Shown piece by piece: positions 27,353-38,658 of a stretch of 64,000 bases of DNA. The notes under the pieces are model-generated. The model was not told where the DNA came from. It searched no databases and saw only the letters and a list, made by a program, of their open reading frames with translations. Position 1 is the first letter of the stretch, and each line of letters starts with the position of its first letter. The DNA is from Candidatus Harrisonbacteria bacterium (lineage in GTDB: Bacteria > Patescibacteriota > Minisyncoccia > UBA6257 > 02-FULL-45-10c). Location of the stretch: assembly GCA_016192685.1 (NCBI GenBank), contig JACPTS010000001.1, forward strand, positions 458,628-522,627, written 5' to 3'. The translations under genes were made by a program, and so were the position numbers.

Positions 27353-28891
27353 ATGAAACGAAATAGCGCCTTATTTTTTGTTTTAGCGGCTGTTTTAATT
27401 TCCGCCTTTTTTAATTTTAGCTCGCCGAATATTCCGGACCCGGACAGTTTTTACCATCTCCGCCACGCGGAAATCCTGCGGCGCAACGGCTTATTAGATG
27501 CCAGTTTTCCTTGGACCTATTTTTCCGCCATTCGGACCGAGGGCGCGGATATTTGGTATGGCTTCCACCTTTTGTTAATCCCATTTATTTTTAGCGGCGG
27601 GACAGCGCTGGGGATTAAAGTTGCCGGTGTTTTTTTAACCGCAACTCTTTTGTTGGCTTATTATTGGGTGGTAAAGCGGCAGAAATTTGTTTGGCCGGCG
27701 CTTTGGCCGTTTTTATTTTTTTTGGCAGTGCCGAACGCGCTATTTCAACTGTTGATGGTGCGGCCGCATATGGTGTCTTTAGCGCTGGCAATGCTTTTAT
27801 TATCTTTTTTAAGCTTCGGTCTTTGGTTTCCGATATTTTTAATCAGCGCGGGAATTACTTTTTTCCATCTGAATTTTTTTTGGATCGGGCCGGGGATAGC
27901 GCTGGCTGTATTTTTAGCGTCTATTTTGGAAAAAACTTTTAGCCGTTCGCTTAAAAAAGTTTTAGCAGTGGCGCTCGGGACAGCGGCTGGCGCGCTGTTT
28001 AGGCCGGAACCAATATCCGCCTTGAAACTTACTTATATTCAGGTAGTGAAGCTGCTGCTTGAAAAACAAAGTGACTTGCCGCTTTTATTCAGCCGGGAAC
28101 TGGCGCCTTTGAGCTTAAAAACGCTTTCCCAGACTTCATTTCTTTTTCTTTTGCTTTGGCTGGCGGCTATCTTGGTTAGCGGTTGGACGCTCTACCATTT
28201 TCGCGAGCAGATTAAAAAAATTCCTTCCGAAGCAAAAATATTCTTACTGACGAGCGGCCTGCTCTCAATTGCTTTTTTCTTAATGAGTCTTTTTATCGCG
28301 CGGCGTTCTTATATTCTATGGGTGGCTTTTGGAACGCTTTTCATCGGAAGCGTTGCCAGTTTTCTTTTCCCGAAAAAATCCCAGCAAGATTGGTTTTTGG
28401 TGCTGACAGCGGTTATTTTTTTGATAATGGTTCCGTATACGCTTTCTCAAAACGGGATTAGTATGGCGCGGAATGCCTCGCCGCCGGATTATTTGCGGGA
28501 AGCGGCGGAATGGCTCCGCAATCACAGTAATTCTGGCGATATTGTTTTTAACACCCATTGGGATAATTTCTCCCCGCTTTTTTTCTGGAATCAGACCAAT
28601 TATTATATCGGCGGCATGGACCCGATTTTCCAATATGCCTATAATTCGGAGCTTTATTGGAAATTTCATCATATTTCCGCTGATGAATTTGGCGATTTGA
28701 CTTGCGGCGCAATCATTTGCGATAAATCCAATGTTCAGGATATTTATTCAGTATTAAAAAAAGATTTTCAGGTAAAATATGTCTTGGTGGAAAAAAGGCG
28801 TAACCCAAATTTTCATCGCTGGCTGGAATTAGACCGGCGTTTTGAAAAGCAGTTTGATAATGGAAAAGAAGTGATTTTTCTGTTAAAATAA
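27353..28891 (+). CDS. Polytopic membrane protein, possible GT-C-type glycosyltransferase
   Basis: More than 10 predicted TM segments, divergently placed next to a GT2 gene; no motif-level proof. Confidence 0.3.
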   Translation: MKRNSALFFVLAAVLISAFFNFSSPNIPDPDSFYHLRHAEILRRNGLLDASFPWTYFSAIRTEGADIWYGFHLLLIPFIFSGGTALGIKVAGVFLTATLLLAYYWVVKRQKFVWPALWPFLFFLAVPNALFQLLMVRPHMVSLALAMLLLSFLSFGLWFPIFLISAGITFFHLNFFWIGPGIALAVFLASILEKTFSRSLKKVLAVALGTAAGALFRPEPISALKLTYIQVVKLLLEKQSDLPLLFSRELAPLSLKTLSQTSFLFLLLWLAAILVSGWTLYHFREQIKKIPSEAKIFLLTSGLLSIAFFLMSLFIARRSYILWVAFGTLFIGSVASFLFPKKSQQDWFLVLTAVIFLIMVPYTLSQNGISMARNASPPDYLREAAEWLRNHSNSGDIVFNTHWDNFSPLFFWNQTNYYIGGMDPIFQYAYNSELYWKFHHISADEFGDLTCGAIICDKSNVQDIYSVLKKDFQVKYVLVEKRRNPNFHRWLELDRRFEKQFDNGKEVIFLLK

Positions 28892-28904
28892 TAATTACAA
28901 AATT

Positions 28905-28976
28905 GCCTGTGTAGCTCAGTGGTAGAGCGAGGTCTTCATAAGGCCGAGGTCGCAGGTTCGATCCCTGCCACAGGCA
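28905..28976 (+). tRNA. tRNA(CAU) (Met or Ile2), intron-less
   Basis: gcctgtg ta gctc agtggta gagc g aggtc ttcataa ggccg aggtc gcagg ttcgatc cctgc cacaggc a. Confidence 0.75.
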
Positions 28977-29005
28977 CTAAATCAGTTCAAAGCAATTTTA
29001 ATTTT

Positions 29006-29017
29006 TGCCACAGGCAC
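29006..29017 (+). repeat. 12-nt direct repeat of the tRNA(CAU) 3' end (tgccacaggcac)
   Basis: Exact copy of 28966-28977, 40 nt downstream, abutting the start of the 29022 ORF. Confidence 0.4.
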
Positions 29018-29021
29018 CACG

Positions 29022-29666
29022 ATGAAAAAGCATTTTGGAAGATTCATTGTTTTAAGCGCAGTTTTGGTTGGCGCGTATTTTTTATTAAATAGAGAAACCG
29101 TTTCCAGTTATACTATTCCGTTTATTGAAGTTCGAACTGGGGAGATTGCCGAAAAACTTAGCGGTTTGACTGGGGGAATAAAAAAATATGCTGGTGGGCA
29201 GGCGACTGTCGCGGTTTCGGAATTAGCAGATGATTTTGTCAGTTCAGTTTCAGAAAAAGGTGGACAGTTGACGCGGCAAATTTTTGACGGCGCTAAAAAT
29301 AATGCCTTTAATTTTTTCCGCCAGGCAGTCAGTGAAAAAGTGGATAGCGTCGGCGCTAATTTAGGAATTGATGTCCAGCAAATTGGTAAGGAAATTACGC
29401 CGTCGGAGCAAGAATCGCCGATTATCTTTGGAATTCAAGCCGGCAGTCCGGCGTATTTTACGATTAAAAATCGAGAACTAGAAAAAATCAGTTATGAGGT
29501 AGATTGGCGGGATGGCAATAAAAAGAACGGTGATGTATCGGTTAAAAAATCAGTGACTGTTTCCCGTATTTGGAGTTCTCCCGGCGAATATTACCCAAGA
29601 TTTAAAATCATTACCTCACGCGGCGAGAAAATTTATGAAATCGCAATTTCCGTGATTTCGTTGTAA
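29022..29666 (+). CDS. Secreted hypothetical protein
   Basis: N-terminal signal/TM segment; no motif. Confidence 0.4.
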   Translation: MKKHFGRFIVLSAVLVGAYFLLNRETVSSYTIPFIEVRTGEIAEKLSGLTGGIKKYAGGQATVAVSELADDFVSSVSEKGGQLTRQIFDGAKNNAFNFFRQAVSEKVDSVGANLGIDVQQIGKEITPSEQESPIIFGIQAGSPAYFTIKNRELEKISYEVDWRDGNKKNGDVSVKKSVTVSRIWSSPGEYYPRFKIITSRGEKIYEIAISVISL

Positions 29667-29676
29667 AATTCTTACT

Positions 29677-30756
29677 ATGAGAATAGATTTGGAAAAATTA
29701 AAAAAAGAGGCTTTGGGGCTGATTAGCGGCGTAAAAGACGCTAAAGCTTTGGAAGATTTGCGGATTAAGTATTTGGGGCGGACTAATGGCGAATTAACGA
29801 AACTGATGAAATCTTTGCCGAAAATGTCTTTGGCGGACCGGCGGAAATTTGGTCCGCTTTTGAATTCTTTAAAACGTGAATTGGAAGCGGCGCTGGAAAA
29901 TAAATTAGCGGCCCTCAAAGCTCAAAGCTCAAAGCTCAAAGCTAGTATTGATATTACTATGCCTGGCAAAAAAGTTTCACTTGGCCACCTTCACCCTTTG
30001 ACTATGGTAGAAAAAGAAATCCGGGAGATTTTTACCGCTCTTAATTTTTCGATAGTGGAAGGTCCGGAAGTGGAATCGGAATATTATAATTTTGACGCTT
30101 TAAATATTCCCAAAGACCATCCGGCGCGGGAGATGTGGGACACATTTTGGCTTCGCCAAAATGAACAATTAACTAATAACAAAAAACAATTAACAAAAAG
30201 TGAAAAGTTAAAAGTTAATAGTTCAAAGTTATTGCTTAGGACTCATACTTCGCCGGTGCAAATCCGTTATATGGAAACTCATCAGCCTCCGTTTCAGATT
30301 ATTGTTCCGGGCCGGGTATTCCGCTATGAAGCCACGGACGTTTCCCACGAAACTAATTTTCATCAAGTAGAGGGGTTGATGGTTGGGAAGGACATTAATT
30401 TGGCGAATTTTAAATTTGTAATTGGAGAGTTTTTTAAGCGTTTATTCAAAAAAAATGTTGTGATTCGGCTTCGGCCCAGCTATTTTCCTTTTGTGGAGCC
30501 GGGATTGGAAGTTGACGTGAAATGCGTTCGTTGCGGCGGAAAAGGTTGCGGCTTGTGTAAAGAATCCGGCTGGCTGGAAGTAATGGGCGCGGGCATGGTG
30601 CATCCCAAAGTTTTTGAGGCCGCCGGCTATAACCCGCGCGACTTTCGGGGATTTGCTTTTGGTTTGGGATTGGAGCGGATAGCCATGATTAAATATAATA
30701 TTCCGGATATCCGGCTGTTTTACTCCGGAGATTTGCGGTTTATTAAGCAATTTTAG
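29677..30756 (+). CDS. pheS: Phenylalanyl-tRNA synthetase alpha subunit
   Basis: Class II aaRS motifs (FRYEATDVSHETNFHQVEG, GFAFGLGLERIAM), C-terminal Zn Cys cluster; contains tandem-repeat insertions. Confidence 0.85.
   Translation: MRIDLEKLKKEALGLISGVKDAKALEDLRIKYLGRTNGELTKLMKSLPKMSLADRRKFGPLLNSLKRELEAALENKLAALKAQSSKLKASIDITMPGKKVSLGHLHPLTMVEKEIREIFTALNFSIVEGPEVESEYYNFDALNIPKDHPAREMWDTFWLRQNEQLTNNKKQLTKSEKLKVNSSKLLLRTHTSPVQIRYMETHQPPFQIIVPGRVFRYEATDVSHETNFHQVEGLMVGKDINLANFKFVIGEFFKRLFKKNVVIRLRPSYFPFVEPGLEVDVKCVRCGGKGCGLCKESGWLEVMGAGMVHPKVFEAAGYNPRDFRGFAFGLGLERIAMIKYNIPDIRLFYSGDLRFIKQF
29914..29943 (+). repeat. Tandem ctcaaag x4 within pheS
   Basis: ctcaaagctcaaagctcaaagctcaaagct coding LKAQSSKLKAS. 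Confidence 0.5.
30196..30230 (+). repeat. AAGTT-periodic in-frame insertion in pheS coding KSEKLKVNSSKLL
   Basis: aaaagtgaaaagttaaaagttaatagttcaaagtt. Confidence 0.5.
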
Positions 30757-30759
30757 AAT

Positions 30760-31143
30760 ATGGAAGGGAATTTTGAAAAAAATATAAAAAGAGAATTAAT
30801 CCAAGAACAGATTGATGCCGTTTTAAAAACTATCAGCGAATTTTCCGGCCTTAAAAAAGAAGCGGCTGATTTAAAAGAGAAAGGCGAGAAATATGACCCT
30901 CATTTTGATTCTATAGATCCCGCTGTTATTCAGGTAAAAGAGGCGGAACTATGGCAAAAGATGAAGATTATAGATTCAAAAGAAAAATACAATGATTTTG
31001 TGCAAGAATTAAGAGCGTACCGGAATGCGCTTCAGAAGGAATTAAGAGAAGCTGGCCAGGAAAGAGATACCAATCCGCACGCCGCTTTTGCCGCTTATTT
31101 AAGCAATAAAACAATGGGAGTGTATGAAAAATTAGAAGAATAA
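30760..31143 (+). CDS. Hypothetical protein
   Basis: 127 aa, charged and coiled-coil-like; lies between pheS and pheT. Confidence 0.35.
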   Translation: MEGNFEKNIKRELIQEQIDAVLKTISEFSGLKKEAADLKEKGEKYDPHFDSIDPAVIQVKEAELWQKMKIIDSKEKYNDFVQELRAYRNALQKELREAGQERDTNPHAAFAAYLSNKTMGVYEKLEE

Positions 31144-31150
31144 TAACGGT

Positions 31151-33100
31151 ATGAAATTCAGCTTTTCTTTAATTAAAAAATTAGTTCCCGGCCGATATAC
31201 CAAATCTGAACTGACGGAGAAATTAAATTTGCATTCTTTTGAAACGGCGGATTTGGGCGGCGATGTTTTGGAAATTGCCGTGACACCGAATCGTTTTTCC
31301 GATGCCGCTTCGCATTTGGGGATCGCCAGGGAAGCGGCCGCCATTTTTGGCATCCCATTAAAAGATCCTCTGGAAGAAAAATTAAAATATGGCCATAAAG
31401 ACCAGGGCGTGTTTCGGGTCAATGTTAAAGAAAAGAATTTATGCCGCCGGTATCTGGCGTCTTACGTGAGTAAGATAAAAGTTGGGCCGTCGCCAAAATG
31501 GCTGAAAGAAGTTCTGGAAACTTGCGGGCTTCGTTCCATTAATAATGTCGTGGATATTATGAATTACGTGATGCTGGAAATCGGCCAGCCGCTCCATGCG
31601 TTTGACGCGGATAAGGTTTCCGGCGGATTGGTGGCGCGCCGCGCCCAAAAAGGAGAAACGATTACTACCATTGATAATCAAAAATTTAATTTGGATTCGG
31701 AAGTGTTGGTGATTGCGGACGCGAAACAGCCGCTCGCCATTGCCGGCATTAAAGGCGGCAAATCCAGCGAAGTAACCAGCGGCACTAAACGGATTTTAGT
31801 GGAAGCCGCTCATTTTGAAAGCGCTAATATTTACAAAACTTCCCGTAAATTAGCCTTGCGAACCGATGCGTCGGTGCGTTTTTCCCATTTTTTAAGTCCG
31901 GAATTGCCGGAATTGGGAATGCGCCGGGCGCTCGCGCTTCTTCAAGAATTGGCTGCCGCCACTATTCATCCGCCGATAGATGTTTATGCTAAAAAAGCAG
32001 GATTGCGGCTGGTTCCTTTTAACCTTAAAAAAATGAGCGATTTAATCGGCGAACATTTTAAAGAAAAAGAAGTTTTGCAAGTTCTTTCCAATCTTGGTTT
32101 TAAAAAGAAAGGTAAAAGTTTGTCGGTGCCGGCGTTGAGGATGGATATTGATGGTTTAGAAGACATAGCGGAAGAAGTAGCGCGGATTAAGGGTTACAAT
32201 AATTTGCCTTCCCGGCCGCCAAGCATCGCTCTCGGAGCGGCTCAAGAAGAAGAACAAATTAATTTGAAGAACCGGCTGCGGAAGTTTTCGGCCGGCGTTG
32301 GTTTTAGCGAAGTTTATAATTATTCTTTTTTGGCGGAAAAGGAAGTCGGCAGCCGGGCCGTGGCTATTGCCAATCCTATTAGCAGCCAAGCCGGATTTTT
32401 GCGGGATAGTTTAAAAATGGGATTAAGGAAAAATTTGGAAAGCAATAAGCGATTTTTTGAGGAAGTCCGCGTTTTTGAAATTGGCAAGGTTTTTTCGGAA
32501 GAAAAGGGCAGGGTGGAGGAAAGATTAATGCTGGGAATGGGGATTTTGGCTAAAAATAGTTATTTAGAAATCAAAGGAGTTTTGGATTCTTTGCTGACCG
32601 GATTGGGCATTATTGAATATGAATTAATCGAGAAGAACCCCGCCCGTTTAGAAGTGAAATTGGAAAATTTGCTCGTTGGAAATTTAGATTTGATTTCGGA
32701 ATTAAAAAACGCGGCCGTTTTAGAATTGAATCTGGACCTTTTATTAAAAGAAATGGACGAAGAAAGGGAATTCGCGCCTTTACCGAAATTTCCGGTGATT
32801 ACCCGTGATCTTTCTATTTTTGTTCCGGAAGAAACGCGCGTGGGAGAAGTTTTAGAAATGATCCAGCGGGTTAGCGCTAAATTAGTGAATGACGTGGACT
32901 TGATTGACTTTTATGAGCCGGATGAAAAATTGCGGCCGAAACAAGACCGCAGCGAGACACAGGAAAAAAGGCGGAAAAGCTTGACTTTCCGGATTGTTTT
33001 TCAAGCCGAAGACCGTACTTTAACCGATGCGGAAGCGGATAGGGAAATGGCGGCCATTAATCAAATTTTGATTGATAAATTTGACGCGGAATTAAGGTAA
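31151..33100 (+). CDS. pheT: Phenylalanyl-tRNA synthetase beta subunit (compact form)
   Basis: B3/4 and B5 domain-like regions, 649 aa, positioned after pheS. Confidence 0.75.
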   Translation: MKFSFSLIKKLVPGRYTKSELTEKLNLHSFETADLGGDVLEIAVTPNRFSDAASHLGIAREAAAIFGIPLKDPLEEKLKYGHKDQGVFRVNVKEKNLCRRYLASYVSKIKVGPSPKWLKEVLETCGLRSINNVVDIMNYVMLEIGQPLHAFDADKVSGGLVARRAQKGETITTIDNQKFNLDSEVLVIADAKQPLAIAGIKGGKSSEVTSGTKRILVEAAHFESANIYKTSRKLALRTDASVRFSHFLSPELPELGMRRALALLQELAAATIHPPIDVYAKKAGLRLVPFNLKKMSDLIGEHFKEKEVLQVLSNLGFKKKGKSLSVPALRMDIDGLEDIAEEVARIKGYNNLPSRPPSIALGAAQEEEQINLKNRLRKFSAGVGFSEVYNYSFLAEKEVGSRAVAIANPISSQAGFLRDSLKMGLRKNLESNKRFFEEVRVFEIGKVFSEEKGRVEERLMLGMGILAKNSYLEIKGVLDSLLTGLGIIEYELIEKNPARLEVKLENLLVGNLDLISELKNAAVLELNLDLLLKEMDEEREFAPLPKFPVITRDLSIFVPEETRVGEVLEMIQRVSAKLVNDVDLIDFYEPDEKLRPKQDRSETQEKRRKSLTFRIVFQAEDRTLTDAEADREMAAINQILIDKFDAELR

Positions 33101-33179
33101 TTTTTTGTTTGATTTTAACTAGTAGATTTGCTATACTAATAAAGTAGAAATAGATATAAAAAGGCCGGGCCTTTTTTAA

Positions 33180-35129
<1,950 letters not shown>

Positions 35130-35132
35130 TTC

Positions 35133-35268
35133 GCTACCTATCTGTCTACCGGCACCGGCGTTCGCCGACTCCTGCGGTCGGCGCCGCCTACGCCTCGCCC
35201 CGATTTTTCGCCTTCGGCGAAACCTAGCAAATCGGGGCTCCGTAGTTGCCGTACGACAGACAGGTAGC
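35133..35268. repeat. GC-rich, highly palindromic intergenic element (~136 nt) with 14-bp terminal inverted repeats
   Basis: gctacctatctgtc ... gacagacaggtagc termini; internal hairpins ccccgattt..aaatcgggg and cgcc ttcg gcga; ~65% GC in an AT-rich genome. Confidence 0.6.
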
Positions 35269-35313
35269 TCACTCTGATTGACGGGGGGTGAATGAATTAG
35301 GTATAATATTAAA

Positions 35314-35502
35314 ATGTTTTCAAAACTAACCTCATTTTTACAAGAATCCAAGCAAGAGCTGATGCGGGTTAATTGGCCGAGCCGGGAAGATACTACCCGG
35401 CTAACTCTGGCAGTTATTGTAATTTCTTTGCTGGTAGCGCTTTTTTTGGGAGTCCTGGATTTTATTTTCAGCAGCCTTTTGAATACTTTTTTACTAAAAT
35501 AA
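35314..35502 (+). CDS. secE: Preprotein translocase subunit SecE
   Basis: 62 aa, single C-terminal TM, position upstream of nusG. Confidence 0.7.
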   Translation: MFSKLTSFLQESKQELMRVNWPSREDTTRLTLAVIVISLLVALFLGVLDFIFSSLLNTFLLK

Positions 35503-35506
35503 TTTA

Positions 35507-36076
35507 ATGAAAGCTAATAAAGAATCAAAAATAGTGGAAATTAAGAGCAAAGAACGGCATTGGTATGCGGTGCATACTTATTCCGGCTATGAAGACGCCG
35601 TGGCGCGCTATTTGAAACAGCGGGTGGATTCGCTATCCATGAATGATAAAATTTTCAATGTTTTAGTTCCGAAAGAAACCAAAATTAAGATTAAAAACGG
35701 CAAGCGCCGGACTGTGGAGGAAAAAATTTATCCTGGCTATGTGCTGGTGGATATGACTTTAACCGAAGATTCCTGGTATGTGGTTCGGAATACGCCGCGA
35801 GTGACCGGTTTTGTCGGGCCGGACTCCACCACCCCAGTCCCGCTTTCTAAAGATGAAATTGACGTCTTGATGGCCCGAATGTCGGGGGAGGAAAAGAAGT
35901 TTAAGATTGAATTGAGGCCTGGAGAAATGGTAAAAGTTATTGACGGCCCGTTTAAGGATTACGACGCGAAAGTGGCGGAAGTGGATGATGAAAAAGCTAA
36001 GGTGAAAGTGCTGGTTCCGATTTTCGGCCGCGACACCGCGGTAGAGTTAGATTCATTACAAGTACAAAAGATATAA
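35507..36076 (+). CDS. nusG: Transcription termination/antitermination factor NusG
   Basis: NGN domain plus KOW (GEMVKVIDGPFKDYDAKV); secE-nusG-rplK order. Confidence 0.85.
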   Translation: MKANKESKIVEIKSKERHWYAVHTYSGYEDAVARYLKQRVDSLSMNDKIFNVLVPKETKIKIKNGKRRTVEEKIYPGYVLVDMTLTEDSWYVVRNTPRVTGFVGPDSTTPVPLSKDEIDVLMARMSGEEKKFKIELRPGEMVKVIDGPFKDYDAKVAEVDDEKAKVKVLVPIFGRDTAVELDSLQVQKI

Positions 36077-36088
36077 TAAATTAAAGTT

Positions 36089-36514
36089 ATGGCAAAAATA
36101 GTTAAAACAATTCTTAAATTACAGCTGGAAGCCGGAAAAGCAAATCCTGCTCCTCCAGTGGGCACGGCGCTTGGGCCGCATGGCGTGAATATTCAGGATT
36201 TCTGCAAGAAATTTAATGACGCGACCAAAGATATGGCCGGTGATGTGGTGCCGGCGGAAATTACGATCTATGAAGACCGGAGTTTTGATTTTAAATTAAA
36301 AACCCCGCCAGCATCGGCGCTTCTTAAAAAAGCCGCGGGCATTGAAAAAGGTTCTGGCGATTCGCTTAAAAATAAGGTTGGTAAAGTTACTAAAGCGGAG
36401 GTACGGAAAATTGCGGAGCGGAAGATGGTGGATTTAAATGCTTATGACCTGGATGCCGCGGAAAAAATCATTGCCGGCACCGCCCGGAATATGGGGATTG
36501 AGGTGGTTGATTAG
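36089..36514 (+). CDS. rplK: 50S ribosomal protein L11
   Basis: 141 aa, conserved L11 N-terminus [14 protein letters not shown]. Confidence 0.9.
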   Translation: MAKIVKTILKLQLEAGKANPAPPVGTALGPHGVNIQDFCKKFNDATKDMAGDVVPAEITIYEDRSFDFKLKTPPASALLKKAAGIEKGSGDSLKNKVGKVTKAEVRKIAERKMVDLNAYDLDAAEKIIAGTARNMGIEVVD

Positions 36515-36519
36515 AAGTT

Positions 36520-36555
36520 TAAAAACTGCTACTTTATGAAGTAGCAGTTTTTAAT
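36520..36555 (+). terminator. Intrinsic terminator after rplK
   Basis: aaaaactgctactt tatg aagtagcagttttt. Confidence 0.65.
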
Positions 36556-36568
36556 TTATAATTTAAAA

Positions 36569-37309
36569 ATGGATAAACCGAGGGGAAGATTTATTGTTTT
36601 GGATGGTTTGCCGGGATGCGGGAAAAGCACACAGGCGAGATTGCTTTCGGAAAGATTGCTGAACGCGGTTTTAAACGTTGAGCCGACTAAGGCGCTGTTC
36701 GGCGCCGTAATCCGCGCTTATATTGAACGCCAAGCAATTCCGGAGGAATTGCTGGAACAATGTTATCGTTATAAATCTTCGGAAAATGATTTTTGGCCAA
36801 TTGCCCATCACATTATTAATCAGCTGAAACTGAAAATGCCGCTGGGCGAGATGGAAAGGCAAATTCTTTTTGTGGCTGACAGGGTTTATGATTTAGAAAT
36901 GAATATTTTGCCGGCTTTGGCTGCTGGCAAAACCGTTATTCAGGACCGCTATTTTTTCAGCACTTTGGCCTTTGGCTATTCGGGAGGGTTAGAGATTGAG
37001 TGGTTATGGAAAATTCACCAGGAGGCTTTTGCCGCCAGTTCTAAAATTGGGGGTCTTTGGAAGCCGGATTTAACAGTTATTTTTGATTTGGATCCCGCAG
37101 TATCAATGGCCCGGCAAAAAGCCTCCGGAAAAGTTTTGGATATTTTTGAAGAAAAACCGGAACGATTGGATAAAATAAGAGAGGCATATCTTCAATTATC
37201 TAAAAGAACTGATCTTTCTACCGGCATTTCTGTTATCAATGCCGATCAGCCCGCAGAAAAAGTTTTTTCGCAATTGGAGCAATTAATTAAATATCAAACT
37301 GCCGTTTAA
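36569..37309 (+). CDS. tmk: Thymidylate kinase family (d)NMP kinase
   Basis: P-loop LDGLPGCGKSTQ, DRY-like QDRYFFS; 246 aa. Confidence 0.5.
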   Translation: MDKPRGRFIVLDGLPGCGKSTQARLLSERLLNAVLNVEPTKALFGAVIRAYIERQAIPEELLEQCYRYKSSENDFWPIAHHIINQLKLKMPLGEMERQILFVADRVYDLEMNILPALAAGKTVIQDRYFFSTLAFGYSGGLEIEWLWKIHQEAFAASSKIGGLWKPDLTVIFDLDPAVSMARQKASGKVLDIFEEKPERLDKIREAYLQLSKRTDLSTGISVINADQPAEKVFSQLEQLIKYQTAV

Positions 37310-37353
37310 GAGGCAGTTTTTAATTTTTTAAAATTTCTGTTAAATTTAAATAA

Positions 37354-38658
37354 ATGATAGCTAAATTACCGGTTCAAAAAATTGTTTCCGACCCGATTTT
37401 GGGGCTGATTGATATCAGCAAGGTTTTGCCGATGGTGGATGTCCGGGAATTCCAGTCGCTGGCTTATAAATATCAGCTTGGTTTGGCGTTTTTGCTTTTC
37501 CCTTCCGCCACTCACACCCGCAAACAGCATTGCTTGGGCGCTTACCAGCGGACTAAAGAATTAACCGGGCGCTGGGTGGAAAGCGGGATGATTACTAAAG
37601 ACCAGGCCCGGAATGTCAATGCTTACGCGCTTTATCATGATATCGGCCATGGTCCGTTTTCCCATACCGTGGAGCCGCTTTTTGACCTTTTACCCGGAGC
37701 AAAAAAATCAAAATTGCGCGCTGATGACGCCATGGGAATTGAGATAGCGCGAAATTTGAAAAAGGAGATTGAGGCGACCGGAGCCGAATTTGAATCTTTA
37801 ATGAAATTTATGAAACACGAAGACCCTTTGTACTTGGCAGTTCATGATAAGAATTTAGGAATGGAAAAATTTGATTATTTAACCAGAGACGCTTTTTACA
37901 CCATTAAAGAAATGCCGGGGGTGGATTATTTATCCCGCTATATCTATTTTGTGGATGGGCAAGTGGCGGTAGATGAGCGGGTGATTGACCAGGCAAAAGC
38001 AATCCAGGAATTTTATATAAAAATGTCCAAGCATGTTTATTTGCGCAAAAAATCCGCGATTTTACAGCGTTTAGTCCAAAAAATGGCTTACGAGCTGTTA
38101 AAAGAAGGGATGACGGTCGGGGAGATTTGGAAACTTACGGATTTTGGGCTTTTGGGAAGATTGGAAATTTCTCCCAACCCGCTTATCAGGAATTATTATG
38201 GTCGGCTGATGGCGGGTGATTTGCCGAAGATTGCCATTGAATTTAAGCAGGAGCAATTTGTTCAATTAGATGAAAAGCGGGGAGATAAGTCTTTGCACAC
38301 TTTTGGGCTGCCGGAGAAGGTTTTAAATAAAGTTCTTGCCCAAGAAGAGGTTTCCGGCATTAAATTTTTAGCTGATTTTGAAAAAGGAATTGCCGCGGCC
38401 GCCGGCATTCCGGAGGACAGCGTTATGGTGGTACCGCCGATGTCTCACCACCGTTTTGTTCCGGAAGACGTGAAAGTTTACGGCCGAGACGGCAGTATTG
38501 TTCTTCTTAGCGATTTTTACCCCAATCATTTTGCCGCTATGACTGAATACGGAAAATCCCATCATCTTTTGCGGATTTGCGCCTTTCCGGAGCATCGGGA
38601 TAATTTGGAAGCCAAAGCAGAGAAAATTAAGGATTATCTTTTGGAATTTTCAAAATGA
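37354..38658 (+). CDS. HD-domain phosphohydrolase (dGTPase-like)
   Basis: HD motif H...HDIGHGPFSH...D. Confidence 0.55.
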   Translation: MIAKLPVQKIVSDPILGLIDISKVLPMVDVREFQSLAYKYQLGLAFLLFPSATHTRKQHCLGAYQRTKELTGRWVESGMITKDQARNVNAYALYHDIGHGPFSHTVEPLFDLLPGAKKSKLRADDAMGIEIARNLKKEIEATGAEFESLMKFMKHEDPLYLAVHDKNLGMEKFDYLTRDAFYTIKEMPGVDYLSRYIYFVDGQVAVDERVIDQAKAIQEFYIKMSKHVYLRKKSAILQRLVQKMAYELLKEGMTVGEIWKLTDFGLLGRLEISPNPLIRNYYGRLMAGDLPKIAIEFKQEQFVQLDEKRGDKSLHTFGLPEKVLNKVLAQEEVSGIKFLADFEKGIAAAAGIPEDSVMVVPPMSHHRFVPEDVKVYGRDGSIVLLSDFYPNHFAAMTEYGKSHHLLRICAFPEHRDNLEAKAEKIKDYLLEFSK

